A stretch of 63,889 nucleotides of DNA, filler included, from Vannella sp. (GCA_023345925.1; 6 parts of 6 records of this genome joined end to end with filler, not necessarily neighbours in it); one strand, 5' to 3'. Shown: positions 11,842 through 24,214, counted from the whole stretch's first letter. Numbers and translations: made by a program. The notes: generated by a model from the sequence alone, not told the origin.

Positions 11842-12979
11842 ATGAGCTCATTGGACGTTGATGAGTGTATCAGCCGGCTTCATGGGGAGCAGATACTCTC
11901 ATTGACTCAGATACGATCGGTTTGTGAGCGCCTGAAGGAGGAGTACGCTGTAGAGAAGAACGTTATCAAAGTTCAGTTGCCAGTTACGGTCGTTGGGGAC
12001 ATTCATGGGTACGTAAGGCTGTAGTAGCCTTCTCCTTCTAAGAGATTGGGTATAGACAGTTCTACGACCTTCTGGAGCTGTTTAAGGTTGCAGGGACCTG
12101 CCCAGAGGTGAACTACCTGTTCCTTGGAGACTATGTGGACCGAGGGTACTACAGCGTTCGAACGCTATGCCTCTTGCTTTGCTTACGGCTTCGATACCCT
12201 GACAGGATCCATCTCCTGCGGGGAAACCACGAAACACGCGCTGTCACCGAGGTTTACGGGTTCTATGCTGAGTGCGTCCGTCTCTACGGAAGCTCAGCCG
12301 CTTGGGAAGAGTTTGTCACACTATTTGACTTCCTTCCACTGGCTGCCACTGTTGGCACGTCCATGTTCTGCGTGCACGGAGGTACGCAGAACATGTTTGG
12401 TGGATTTGATCGTTGCTAAGCTGGATGCAGGGCTTTCACCTGATATGAATGGTGTGGACGACATCAATCAGCTTGACAGATTCCAGGAGATCCCTCATGA
12501 AGGCCTCTTTAGCGATCTAATGTGGTCTGACCCTGACGGGGATCCATCGAATCCTCTTTTCACGCCTTCACAACGGTACGGGGGCTTTCTTGGGAGCTTT
12601 AATCGACTAATAGAAGTCCAGTGGGTGTGGACACCTCTTTGGGATGATGGCAGTTGCTCGGTTCAATCGGGCGAATGGATTCAGTCACATTGTCCGGGCA
12701 CATCAGCTCTGCATGGAAGGGTATGAGGACTTCTTTGGTGGCACTCTCACAACAATATGGAGCGCACCTAATTACTGCTATCGATGCGGTACGTCCCATC
12801 TTCTCATCCCAACTCTGGTCCAGGACTTGGCTGATCTGGGGTCAGGTAACGTGGCGGCTGCCATGGAGATTGATGAACGAGGCACTCGAGAGTACAACAT
12901 TTTTCTGGCTTGTCCTGCAAACGAACGCATGTCGCTGGACCTTGAAACGAACCACAAAGTGCCGGATTACTTTCTGTGA
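11842..12979 (+). CDS. PP2A/PP4/PP6-type Ser/Thr phosphatase catalytic subunit (PP4/Ppg1-like), 4 introns
   Basis: [45 protein letters not shown] and C-terminal PDYFL. Confidence 0.93.
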
Positions 12980-13066
12980 GATGGCGGTTAACCTGTTTGT
13001 TCCTTTATTACAACGTACGAGGTGGTACCACTGGTGTGAATAGTGATAAATGTAAGATGTGCGTGC

Positions 13067-14222
13067 TCAGTCTTCCTCATTGTCCTCTGCATCCCAATCA
13101 GGAGCCAGATCTCGCAAAGAAGGTTCAGAGTCTTCTTCCTCTTCTAGTGCCGCGTTTTCTATCGCCCACAGAGTTACGAACAATGAATAGAAGGAAGCTA
13201 TGTGGCTTACCATTGGCAGTGGGAGTAAGGCTCTCCCTGGAGCATTGGAAGATAACATCCAAGGGAATCTCAGGGTTGTACTTGGCCAAGAATGACGCCA
13301 CCACAGGTGAAGGATGATCAAGAAGCCAATTGACTGTACTGATTCCATTCCTGCACCAAGATAATGAGCTCACAGATAGACCAGATCGCTCCACTTACCC
13401 GTTGGACACAAAAGGATCCGCTTTTTTAGCGAGGAGACGGCAGGCCAGGTCTTCCTGTGAGTTCATGACACTCACTAACAGCGCAGTCTCGCCGTTTTCG
13501 TTCGCCCGATCGATATCGAGGTTACAATCGACCATTTTGGAGAATACTTCGGCCTGAAGTTCGATCTCCTGCTGAGAGACAGTGTTTCTTCCAGCTAGGC
13601 CATGAAGTGCCGTGTCGCCATGAAGGTCTTGGACATTTACATCGTACTTTGGTAGGGTGAGTAGGAGCTTGGCAGCTTCTAGGAGGCCGCCTTGGCGACA
13701 AGTGTTGTGAAGGGCGTTTCGGCTGTGCGCATCCAATTCCGTTGGGTCCGAGATGCCCCACTCAGCTAACTGCTTGGTGACTAAGTCCAACTCTGTTTCT
13801 TTCGCTGACTTCTTGGAGTTCTGAGCAATCGGGGTTGGCTTTGTCATTCCGTTTCCCCAAAGCTCAAGAACTGTCGTGCATTCATTCTGCAAACGGACAA
13901 TGGAGCTCTCTACTAGCCCAGATAATGGGACAATATGGGGGTGATTGGGCCTCAAAGAGGGCTCGTGCTCCAGCATTTCCATGATTGTCAGATATTCCAC
14001 GTCCTTCATCATGTCGTTCACCTGTCGAAGCACCTTTCACACCCGAATCAGTCCCCATTCTTGGAGCGTGATTCTGATTACCTTTGAATCAAGTTGGTCT
14101 CCGATCTTGGCAAGCTCGCCTTCAATGTCAGAAATAGTCACCGAAGCAATGGCTTCTTCCGTGACTTCTTTTTTCACTTGGTGAAGCATGACCGCCCGAA
14201 ACTCAAACACAAGATCGGCCAT
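13067..14222 (-). CDS. Ankyrin-repeat protein, 3 introns
   Basis: Ankyrin motifs RNALHNTC, GDTALHGLA, GETALLVSV; intron at 14034-14081 plus two more downstream. Confidence 0.75.
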
Positions 14223-14487
14223 GCGAGGGTAAACCCTTATTTTGAGTTGCTCAATGACGTCTTTGAGTGCTCTCTGGGTCCCTTGACGGTTAGGAAATAA
14301 AAGAGAGGCAGAAGGGCGCGACGAACGTTCTGGTGAGTTGATTCGTTCAGTACAATCATGACAATCTCAAGATTGCGTTGTACCAGAGCGATATTGGTGG
14401 GAGCTTGGACAGTGTAGTCCTTAGGAATAGCACTGTACAGGTATCCGCTGCAGGGGGTAAGTCATCCAGTCTAGTTCTGTTGGGAAC

Positions 14488-16341
14488 TTACAGCTGCCCA
14501 AGAAAATCCTGAACAGTCCTCCGGGTTTCTTTGAGCCACCATGCTGTCACAGACTTCTTCCGAGACCCATCCAGTATCTTCTCCCTGTTCATCCGAAGCA
14601 TCTCAAGACGAGAGGAACACTCTGATTTCAATTGCTGAGGAGGGTAAGTCACTAAATAGCGGTTATAGGAGAGACAAACCATCATGGAGCTTCTAAATAT
14701 ACTTTCAAACTCGGACTCATTACTTTCTCTCAAGGACGCGAGGAGCTGCTCGCGGTAAAGAGCAAAGATTCGGCGAGTGTGAACGTGGCGAGCGAAGGAT
14801 GCTCGCTTCTCTTTCAATAGTGGGATGATATTGAACCTATCTTCTCGTTCTTGATTGTCAACAATGTCCTGTAAGCTTGCACAGAGCCGGAGAACGTTAG
14901 ATTCATCAATAAACAGTGTCCTTGACCGCATCATTCGAGAGAAAACCTCATCAGAAACCCCCAATTCACTTTGCAGCGAAGTCAATATCGCCAATTCCAC
15001 CTGCGCTTTCAAATACGCATCAAACACCTCCATATGGTTGATGATGACATCGCGCAGTGCAATAGTATGGCTTGCGGGAGAGCTCGCCCATTTCAGATAC
15101 TCTTGTTTAACAGAATAGATCTGACTGACCGAGCACCATACAATCGCCTTCTCTGTCTCTACGGTGCTTGTCCACAGGCCAATCCAATTGTCATTGGTAG
15201 GCTTGACTGCGCATCGGGCAAAGAGGGCCCGAGGGCCTCCAGTGGTCCTGGCACCCAGCATGGATCCATCTAGCTTGTTGGCTTCGTCAATGGCACTATG
15301 TAGGGGCTTATATACCTTGCCACCTGTTCGTATGAACTCAGGAAGCGGCATACACTCGTCAGCGCTTGCAGGGAGGACCACGAGGACCAGTGATCCCCGT
15401 CTGACACTGGAGAAGATGCCACGGAGCTTGGCAGAGAGTACTCGCACATTTCTAGCCAGCTCATAGTCGTTCCTAACGCTACTGACCTCAATCAAGTAAC
15501 GAGAGAGGTCGAATGTCATCGAGGTCTCGCTTGGCGCAGCTTGCCTCACACAGGCAGTTACCACACTTGGTTGGACTTGCATTCCAACAAGCACAGAGTA
15601 GGGGTCTTCCTGATGTGTTGATAAGAAGTCCAGCAGCAGCTTAGCACGGGCTACAATCACCAACCCTCGAGAGGTCTTCTCCGCGTTACACTTCTCTCCT
15701 TGGAGTTCCACGAACTTAGTCAGGATGTAGATGTAGTGCTTCACTTTCGTCTCTTCCAGGAAGCACTCAAAGCCCGCGGAGTTGGCGTTGGCGGCGATCT
15801 CCTCGTTGCAGACTTCAGCCCAACGGCGCTCTGACTTCTTGGTGGATTTGGAGGAGGCGTGGTTGTTCCTAGTCTCCCCTTGAGTGTCCCAAAAGGTCTT
15901 TTCTTTGCGGAAGAGCTTTCGGACGTCGTGGAGGAACTGGTCACTCAGTTGCAATCCCTCATCGCTGGCATCCAACTCAGGAGCTGCTTCGCTACTCGAA
16001 CCTCCTGAGAAGAGTGTGGTTGCTCGTACTCGAAGCGACTTGCGGACAGGACCATTGGAAGGAGTCTTTCGCGCCGGAATGACTATCTCGTTGGGTAGAA
16101 TGGAGTAGAGCTCGTCAAAGAGCTCTACAAGAGGACTCCGCTCTACTGTTTCATCCACACTCTGCCTCCTTGAAGAGTCGGCTTCATGGGAAGGAGTACG
16201 CCCGCGTTGGACAGAAGGAACTGAGTGTGTGTACTTCTTGTTCTTACTCGCGTCCCCTTCCCCTGCTGGGCGGGCTATCGACACCTTCTTCCCTCCAGAA
16301 GTTTTCCCGCGAGACGCAGAAACCCTCTCTGCCTCGCTCAT
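14488..16341 (-). CDS. Hypothetical protein (617 aa, no recognised domain)
   Basis: Long uninterrupted ORF; Ser/Arg-rich disordered N-terminus and a helical-looking body. Confidence 0.7.
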   Translation of the reverse strand: MSEAERVSASRGKTSGGKKVSIARPAGEGDASKNKKYTHSVPSVQRGRTPSHEADSSRRQSVDETVERSPLVELFDELYSILPNEIVIPARKTPSNGPVRKSLRVRATTLFSGGSSSEAAPELDASDEGLQLSDQFLHDVRKLFRKEKTFWDTQGETRNNHASSKSTKKSERRWAEVCNEEIAANANSAGFECFLEETKVKHYIYILTKFVELQGEKCNAEKTSRGLVIVARAKLLLDFLSTHQEDPYSVLVGMQVQPSVVTACVRQAAPSETSMTFDLSRYLIEVSSVRNDYELARNVRVLSAKLRGIFSSVRRGSLVLVVLPASADECMPLPEFIRTGGKVYKPLHSAIDEANKLDGSMLGARTTGGPRALFARCAVKPTNDNWIGLWTSTVETEKAIVWCSVSQIYSVKQEYLKWASSPASHTIALRDVIINHMEVFDAYLKAQVELAILTSLQSELGVSDEVFSRMMRSRTLFIDESNVLRLCASLQDIVDNQEREDRFNIIPLLKEKRASFARHVHTRRIFALYREQLLASLRESNESEFESIFRSSMMVCLSYNRYLVTYPPQQLKSECSSRLEMLRMNREKILDGSRKKSVTAWWLKETRRTVQDFLGQL

Positions 16342-16499
16342 GGTGGCCAGTTCGCACAACAGAAGAATGACTGGAAAACCCAACGTTAGAAATCCCGAAC
16401 GTTTTTACTCCTCTCCCTTCTCCTTCCGTTTCCACGGGGCCATTCCCTACTCACCTTGTGGGTATCGGCTGGGTACAAGACAGTCCACGAGATGGGAAG

Positions 16500-16545
16500 G
16501 TCCAATCGGAAGGCCCCATTTACCATTTCTGGATTCTGATTGGCT
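16500..16545. promoter_or_regulatory. CCAAT boxes in a divergent promoter
   Basis: CCAATC at ~16502 and GATTGG at ~16538 between head-to-head genes. Similar clusters occur at ~23979-24077, ~56410-56549 and ~63559-63575. Confidence 0.4.
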
Positions 16546-16739
16546 CCTCGTGGGACCGAGGAAAGTGTGCCCTGTTGTAAGCTTAACTGCGGCACCGCGA
16601 TGACGAGAATTAAAACTCAAACTCAAATGGAGGCTTTTTGGGCGGTGTTTGTCTAAATGCAAGTTGGTGTCAGATCTGAAGGGTTTATTGGACGACCGAG
16701 CGACGGCAAAAAGGTGTAGAATTTTAATTAGATCATTAT

Positions 16740-18058
16740 TTGATGGCTTCGATAGCGAAGCTGGTGGAGGAAGCCACGGACGACTTCTTGGTTGGTAGTG
16801 ATTGGGAAAGGAACTTTCTCATCTTTGAGAGGATCACCTCCACAGCTGGGGCTGAAGAGTTTGTGGGGGTGGTGAAGAGAAACCTCGACGGTGGCTCAGA
16901 ACGAACGATCGCTCGAACCTTGGAGCTTCTGCAGGCTGGCATGCAGAACAACTATCTTATCGTTCGTGGGATTCACCACCCTAGCTTTCAGCAGTTCCTT
17001 GTGGAGAAGGCTCGCAATGCCAGGTGGCCACACGACCAAAAGGACAAGTTCTTGAATCTCATCCGCGCTTGGGCGGAGGCTTACTACCCAGGGCACCAAC
17101 ATCCTGGTGACCAGTTCCCAAACTTCTTCAAAGCGTACCAGTTCCTGCGTAACTCTTCGCCCTTCCCTGGCAAGAACGACGATTCCAACTTCACCCCTCC
17201 TCTTCCCCAGTCCCAACCCTCTACTGTACGCCACTCACCTTCCCAATCACGTTCATTTGTCTCACCTTGTGTCAGGGAAGCCACGTTCATCCTGCAAGAC
17301 CACTCCCTAAGGGACCTGTTGGGGAAGTTGTTGCTGCCCTGCCGGAGAATCAGGGCAATCTGTCACTCCTCAAGGACATCCTGGGTGCTCTTGACATCAA
17401 GTCAGAGGACCCACAATCACACGAGCTGGTGAACGAACTTCTCACTCAATGTCGCGCCTTCCACAGTCGAGTCTACCAAGTGCTCGAGCAGGTTCAAGAG
17501 GAGGACATTATGCTCAACATTCTTCGCTTTGTTGACCAACTGGAAGAGATCCAAAGGCTCCACTCTAATCTTTGTGAGTCCTTCCAGTCGAATGGAGTCC
17601 TTGGCACCCCTTCGTCTTTCCTCACAGCCTCCTCAACTCATCGACCGAGCTCGTTTGGTGGTCTGGATGCTCCACTGACGATTGAGCTCAACCTGACCTC
17701 CAACCCACATCCTTCTCGAGCTCCTTTGGGCGTGGACAGACCCTTCCTGAGTATGCCTCCTTCCACCGCATCCAAGGCTCCTTCCCAAGCAAAGGAGGAA
17801 GACCTGGATGATCTGTTCGATAGTTTAGCACTCCGTCACGACACCACATCTCCCCCAGCCCCTCCACAACCCCAGCCCCCAGTTGGCGATCTCCTTGACC
17901 TCTTCTCACCGGTCCAAGCTCTCCCTCCCAGCCACCCTCCAGCCTCTTTTATCGACTTCCAACAGTCTCCCAAACCCCCCACAGATCGTAAGAGCCACCA
18001 TTCCCCTTCCCTCACTTCCCTAACCATCCAATCAGCATTCCAAGACCTCCTTCGATAA
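16740..18058 (+). CDS. TOM1-like VHS-GAT adaptor protein
   Basis: VHS (KLVEEATDDFLVGSDWERNF...LIRAWAEAY), GAT (ELVNELLTQCRAFHSRVYQVLE), DLLDL clathrin-box-like motif; 50-nt intron at 17226-17275. Confidence 0.85.
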
Positions 18059-18105
18059 GCAAGCTCTCATAAAACGAACAAAAATGCCATTCTTTGGTGC
18101 AAGCT

Positions 18106-19645
18106 ATGCTGAGGGGCGCTTTGGTGGGCGCCGCTCCCTTTGGAGTGCCTTGTCGCATGTACGCATCCTTACGAGCCACGGGAGAGACGAGTAGTCGGGC
18201 GATCCGCCCGCGAGTGTTTGGGGATGTCCTACCTGTGGAAAGGAAGCGCCTTTCCCGACGTGCGATTGATAAGAAACTAGAACGGGAGGATCAGCAGAAG
18301 GAGTACACTCTGAGGAGGACCAAAGAGCAGAAGGCTCTTCAAGAACAAGCTGATCAACGAGGGAGATCACCCGCGTTCTCAAAGTCTCCGAAGGAGCTAT
18401 GGGCGAAGCCAACAGCACCGAAATACGTCGCTCCTGAGCGTCCAGCTGACCAAGAGAGTAACTTCCGCTACCGACAGAATCCTGTCATGCAGATCAGAGA
18501 CCTTGCACTTGCTGGGAAGGCTGAAGAAGCCCTTGCTTTGTTCAAACAAGAAGTGTGTGTCCACCACAAGGATCGTATCGACCAATTCACCTACAATCAG
18601 TTGATACTTGCATGTTCGAGATCAGGCAAGTGGAATCTGGGCTTCAAGACGTACAATGATATGAAAAAAAGAGCAGTGGCTCCAAACATCATCACAGTTA
18701 CGAACCTCCTGAACTGCTTAGCAGGTGTAACCTATCCAACGAAGGAGGAAAAGATCAAGTACACCAAGCAGAAGGTCGAATACATCGCCAATGAGATGGA
18801 GAAGCATAAGATTCGCCCCAATGCGCAATCCTACAACGTCATGTTGAAAGTGCTGGGAGCTATGGAGGACCTTCCCAGTGCCCTTCGTTTGGTGAATGAA
18901 ATGCAAATGAATCCGGAGGTAGAGGTCGATGACACAACGTACACTCTCCTGGTAAACGCTTTTGGACCAGACAATCTGGCGGGTGTCTTCAGCGTCTGGG
19001 ACGATCTGAAGGAGAGAAACATTAAGGCTAGTGGGCACTTTTATCATGCCATGATGAAGTACTGCAACATCCACAAGAAGCCCGAACTGGCCCTGGAAAT
19101 ATCACTTCAAATGTTGGACGAGGGACTACAATGGGACCAACGCACTCTTTCTATCCTCTGCACCTCCTATGGTCTTCTCGGACAAGCGTCCTACGCTGGA
19201 GTACTCCTGAAAAAGGTCGATGAGAGCAGTATCCCGATGGATTCTATTCTGTGGAACAATCTGTTGCGGTTGGGATCCATGAAAGTATGGAAGATCTCTC
19301 GGGGGCCCATGGGAATGGCAGACATTCATTCCTCTGAGGATCTCATCGCAGAGCTAGAAAAAAGGCTTCTGGCCTCCAAAGCTGCTCCCTCAACGATTGA
19401 AAAGACCGCAGATATCCTCAAGACGGACGAGCTGGAGGCTCTCCTCCTCGCCTCCATCAATTGCACTCTTCCAGAAAACGCAAAGCGATTCTATTCTCTC
19501 GTGAAAAGCCGAAGAAAGGTAAGAGCAGTCTCTTTCCCATTTCCAAGAGACTCTTGACTCATTCACTTAGGAATACACTTTGAGCGAACACTTCCAGGCG
19601 AAACTTGACAGACTTCTATCGAAAACACCCGTAGATAAAGTCTAA
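18106..19645 (+). CDS. Pentatricopeptide-repeat (PPR) protein, probably mitochondrial
   Basis: Tandem 35-aa PPR motifs (FTYNQLILACSRSGKW, QSYNVMLKVL, TTYTLLVNAF); 52-nt intron at 19519-19570, then stop at 19645. Confidence 0.85.
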
Positions 19646-19737
19646 GTCAAGAGACCAAGAGTTCATAAGGACCAGAAGGAAGGAACCGAAGTTGTCTCTC
19701 TTGGCCGCCAACCTTTTGCACAACTCGGTCGCGAAGC

Positions 19738-20310
19738 TCATTTTCCTGCACCTGAAAGGGCCATTCTCAATCTCTCTTTCACTTGTGGCCATTGGGATGC
19801 AGTAATGGTGAACTGAAGCCACCCCTCATCGTTGGGTGGTGCGGTTTGAGGAATTCCAAACCGCTGGAAGAAGGAGACCATTGGGACATTAGCTTCAGAG
19901 GTACGAGCAAATGCGGTTTCTAGTTTTAGCTCTTCAAAGCCGTACCGAAGGAAGAGAAGATGAGACTCGGCGCTGAAAAGGGAACGCCAAGCTGTGTGAT
20001 CCAAGATGATGCCAAACTCCCCCTCTAAGATCTCCATGTTGATGCTCCGAAAGCCTCCAATACCAATGAAAGTACTCTGACTAAGGAAGATGTCAAAGTT
20101 GAGTGCCAGTCGCTCATTCTGCAGCTGGCGCCGTCTATCACGTTCGGCCGTGATCTCCTCGTCCGTCCAGTCCTTCAGAAAGAAAGGCAAGTAGACCAAG
20201 TTCTTCGGATTAGAAAACAACCTCTTGGCGTCCTGATCCCACTCCGCACCAGGCGGCGAACGCAATACCAACCTGGCGCCCGTTACCTCACAACTAAAGC
20301 CGGGTACCAT
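19738..20310 (-). CDS. GNAT (RimJ/RimL-like) acetyltransferase
   Basis: Motifs RLVLR, FIGIGGF, GEFGIIL..AWR, YGFEELKL..ANVPM. Confidence 0.75.
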   Translation of the reverse strand: MVPGFSCEVTGARLVLRSPPGAEWDQDAKRLFSNPKNLVYLPFFLKDWTDEEITAERDRRRQLQNERLALNFDIFLSQSTFIGIGGFRSINMEILEGEFGIILDHTAWRSLFSAESHLLFLRYGFEELKLETAFARTSEANVPMVSFFQRFGIPQTAPPNDEGWLQFTITASQWPQVKERLRMALSGAGK

Positions 20311-20469
20311 GAAATGAAGAATTATATAGATCTACTTGGAAGATATGACCGATTAAACATTAACCTCGAGATATTCAAAAAAACGCCCATTTATGGAATG
20401 GTCCGCAATAATGATGTAATGATTGTTGGTGTTTTTTCGACGTTGGTTGGTCGTTCACTTCCTTTTCTC

Positions 20470-20652
20470 ATGCATCGAGCTGCCGTCTTCGTCTGCTTCG
20501 CAAGCGTGTTTGCTTGCGTGTATGCTCAAATCACCATCGATAACTTTATTGTGGCTACCAACGTGCAGAGTGTCACGGGGATCATCCCTCAGAGGATCCC
20601 TGAAGGCTCTACCTCTGCTGTCTTCTACTCATCTGTGGAGCTGGGAGCCTGC
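20470..20652 (+). CDS. Secreted protein, 5' fragment truncated by contig end
   Basis: Signal peptide MHRAAVFVCFASVFACVYA-Q followed by an open frame into the N spacer. Confidence 0.5.
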
Positions 20653-20752
20653 NNNNNNNNNNNNNNNNNNNNNNNNNNNNNNNNNNNNNNNNNNNNTTAA
20701 TTAATTAANNNNNNNNNNNNNNNNNNNNNNNNNNNNNNNNNNNNNNNNNNNN
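20653..20752. other. Artificial contig-joining spacer
   Basis: N44-TTAATTAATTAA-N44, which has stop codons in all six frames. Confidence 0.98.
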
Positions 20753-23700
20753 CAGGATCTGGTCATCATTTAAGCGTTTCTCTACCGACACTCTTCCGCT
20801 TATTATGTGCCAAACGGCCTCATTGCGGCTGCCTTCTTCTAGTATTACGTCTCCTTTGGCAAAGGAAATAGCTTCTCCTTGAGCGTTGGTGATGAGGTCC
20901 CACTCATCCTCAGATAGCTCCATATCGTCCATTTCGGTGCTGAGTGACTTCATCCGACACTTTTGGGGATTAATGCGTCTCCGAACAACTGTTTTCTTCA
21001 GGTCGTCAAGCTTTTGGTTGCAGTCTGCAAGATCTCGAATGTCCATCACGAACTGCAATATTGTGAGCTACTTTCCTCTCTATGTGACTGAACTCACCTT
21101 CTTTTTGCGGTTTTGAGTTCGGATTACAAGTTGATTCTTCTCAGGGACAATGTCATAGCCAAGTAGCCGAGCAAGATGGAAGACCTCCTGAAGGAGCGTT
21201 AGGCAAAATGGAACGACGATTGAAAAGGAGGTTGTACCGCAGTGCGTTGCCCCAATGATTTTGATTCGTAGCACAAAAAGTGGGTGGTGAGATAGAGACT
21301 TGCTGGGCGGCTGACCAAAGCAGTGTGACTGGATAGTATGCGGCAGGGGAATCCTTTAAATGAAGTGAGGGTGTGGTAGAACGCTCTGAAGAGAACGTAC
21401 TCGCAACTAATTCTTCCTTTGGAGGGAGATCGAAAGAAGAAAGGCCACTTAGCTGCGATAGTTGCCCAATCTCGATGCTCTCTGAAGAGGCCCGACGGAC
21501 GGCTACTTTACAAAGGTCTCCCCCCTTTTTCCGTACAGTAGCTTGTGCGATATTCTCTCCTAACTTCTTTCCTAAGCCTTGATAGTAAAGTAGGGCAATT
21601 CTGGGTTCAGCGAGGAGCTGTTGCTTCAGTTCAAAAATGGCAATACTGGGTGGAGATGAGAACCAGACAGGCAGCTCTGATTTTGGAGGTGAGGCAGCTT
21701 ACCGTTGGACAAGAGAATCTCTCTCTGCCACGATTTGATGAGAAGAGTTTCTGGACAATACTAAAGCCATCTCCTCAACTATTGCAGAAGGCTCCAAGGA
21801 GCCAACATGGCGGATACTGTGCCCCACAATTCAGACGATTCTTCAAGAACAGGCATTCACCTTACCTATTTGCCGTGAATTGCTGGATGTTCAATCGACC
21901 AGATTTGAGCAAGTAGACGAATGAGTTTGGTTCATCTTTGCGGATGAGAATGTCACTCGCTTGGAGAACAATTTCAGTGCTGTGGTTGCATAGAAGAGTA
22001 TTCCAGTCGTCGCCGGATATGCCGTCACTGTTGTCCAAAAGTCCTTTCAACGTTGTCTCGTCCTCTTCGATTTGATGACGCTCTCGCAATGTTTCCAAGA
22101 TGCTTCGGCTAGACTGGTAAAGCGGGTCGTTAAGGAACTGTGGGAGCCTCTTCACTCGCAGATACTGGAGTACTTGTCCGCGCAACTGGTCAAATATGAA
22201 GCGCCTCCGATTAATATCTTCCAAAGCTCTCTTCTCAATAGATTCTCGCTCCTCCTCACTCATTATTCCGATAGTTAGTCGGGCGTCTCGAACAATGTAG
22301 CGCTGTAGAAGCTCTTCTACGTTGGGTTCTATTCTGCTATCTTCTGCTGGCAGCATTCGTAGGCGGTCCACATCCCTGATAAAGTGGAGATATGCGGCAC
22401 CGCCATTCTCCATTAAATACTTTCGAAGACCGTTGCAAAGCAATGGCTCCTGAAGTATCTCTTCAAGCGTCATATCTGTTGGTTCACTGGAAGACAGATA
22501 CTGTGGAGTAGGCTGAAGCTGCTCCAGGGAGATCTGATAAAGCCTGTCTTCCGTCAACACAGGTCCAACACTCTGTAAGAACTTGACTAAGTCAGAAGGA
22601 ACCTCGAATTCAAAGCTTCTTGACTGAAAGTACTCCAAACGCCTCATTTGATCCGCCAGAAGCTGTATCCGCTGCCCATTGAGGTCCCCAGCAGCATTGA
22701 CTTCAGGATTCCCATCGAAAGTGTAAATCACATCCCGTAGAATCACCGCTTCACGATTTCATGAGATTGAGTGCTTCCTCTCCCATGCCCAAACTTACCC
22801 AGATAAGGGAGACAGGGTAAAGGTGTTTCTTCCATCTCAAAAGACTGAAGAAGCTCTCTATAGCGAGAATAGTTGCCAACAGGAGAGAACATTTCCTCCA
22901 CTTCGTCAAAATACTCTCGCAACTTGAAAGGCACCCGCTTTCACCAAGTCAATCAACTACACAACACAATGCCAAGGACTTACGGCCCAGATGTGCTTCA
23001 GGCGTTGAATGCACGCCATGTTAAGCCCACAGAGTATCTGCAAGGCAGTCTCGTGATTGCGCAATTTCACTAAATGCCTCATTAGCTTGATGAAAGTGGA
23101 CAGCACTTCCGCTTGGACATCAGCTCCTAAGGCTTGGAGGATCTTGGTAGCTACCCAGCAGCTTATAAGGACGAAGCGGTCTGCCAAAGTGGCCATGGCA
23201 GGGGCTGTGGAGTACTTGTCGGGGGATTGCCACGACTTATGAAGGAGTCCAACTCCTTCAATACGTGAGAATAGCTTCCAGTCCACCATAGTGATGGCTT
23301 TGGCCACCTCTTCCAAAGGATAACCAAAGAACAGGTCTTCAGCTCCAGAGACGGCTGGCAGGGTCGGATTCTGCGAGTTTTTGCGCACTCCAGGTGCAGT
23401 CTTTGAGTAGTGGAGCTTAATGATGGAAAGCTTCACTTGGTTCAACGCCTCGTGGGAGAGAAAGGCAGGAAGGAGGTCTAGCACAGCTCCGACCACGAGC
23501 GGATCCTTCTCGATCTTACACCATCTAACGAAGAGTTGACACACTCTATAACATCGTACGAAGTGAGAGCGCGAAGCGGGCCATGAAGGAGAACATACGC
23601 CAACTTTCCCGTTGTGGGAAGAAGTTTCTCGTTCATGCACGCACGGAGGAAGGTAACGAGCTCTGCAGTGGTAACATAGAGACTAAAGGTCATTGTTATG

Positions 23701-23916
23701 TTCTCCAAGTCTACATTCATCAGTCCACGAACACCAAACTCCCACCCCGTTCATCTCACCCGAGTTCTGCGGTTCAATATCCCACAAGATCCTGTCTATG
23801 AAGCGAAAGAAGAGCTCTCGGGTGCTAATGTTCGCACCCTTGGGACTCAACGAGGACAAGGGAACAGGGACATCCCTTCGGCTTCTGGGTGTCCTCGGCG
23901 TGCCTCGTTCCGCCAT
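20753..23916 (-). CDS. RasGEF (REM + CDC25) with an RGS domain and two cNMP-binding-like domains; multi-exon, 3' truncated
   Basis: CDC25 motifs VAKAITMVDWKLF, LRNHETALQILCGLNMACIQRLKHIW, PCLPYLG. RGS motif TLEEILQEPLLCNGLRKYL..AYLHFIRDV. cNMP motifs DILIRKDEPNSFVYLLKSGRL and FAKGDVILEEGSRNEAVWHIISGRVSV. Confidence 0.85.
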
Positions 23917-24177
23917 CCTCTATTTAATATCATCCATTTAATCGAAGAAATCCCAAGAACTCTTATAAATTGATTTCGATTGGGCTGGTAGAACTTGAAC
24001 TTCTTCCTAATCGGGCGGACCAATCCGATTGGGACTTATGGGTTCTGTCCTTTGGCAGATTGGCTCTCTGGATTGGTGAGTTGCAGAGCTTGTTAATGAA
24101 TGAGAGCTATGGAGGATGGAGAGGAGAGGAGAGAAGGGAGCTTGCATCAGAAATCGTCAAACCCACGAAAGACTGTT

Positions 24178-24214
24178 AGAAGACTGTCAGCGGACGGTCT
24201 GCTGACAGTCTTCT
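24178..24214. repeat. 14-bp perfect inverted repeat (hairpin)
   Basis: AGAAGACTGTCAGC-GGACGGTCT-GCTGACAGTCTTCT, in the divergent promoter between the RasGEF and the membrane-protein gene. Confidence 0.85.

Noticed and set aside
14034..14081. In-frame TGA (14037-14039) between two same-frame ORFs of the ankyrin gene as a second Sec codon
   Set aside because: It lies inside a canonical 48-nt intron (GTAATC...CTGAT...AAG) and has no Cys-type context.
20653..20752. Recurrent TTAATTAATTAA motif within N runs (5 copies) as a repeat or element end
   Set aside because: Identical 100-nt spacers with six-frame stops are a contig-concatenation artefact, so gene adjacency across them is meaningless.
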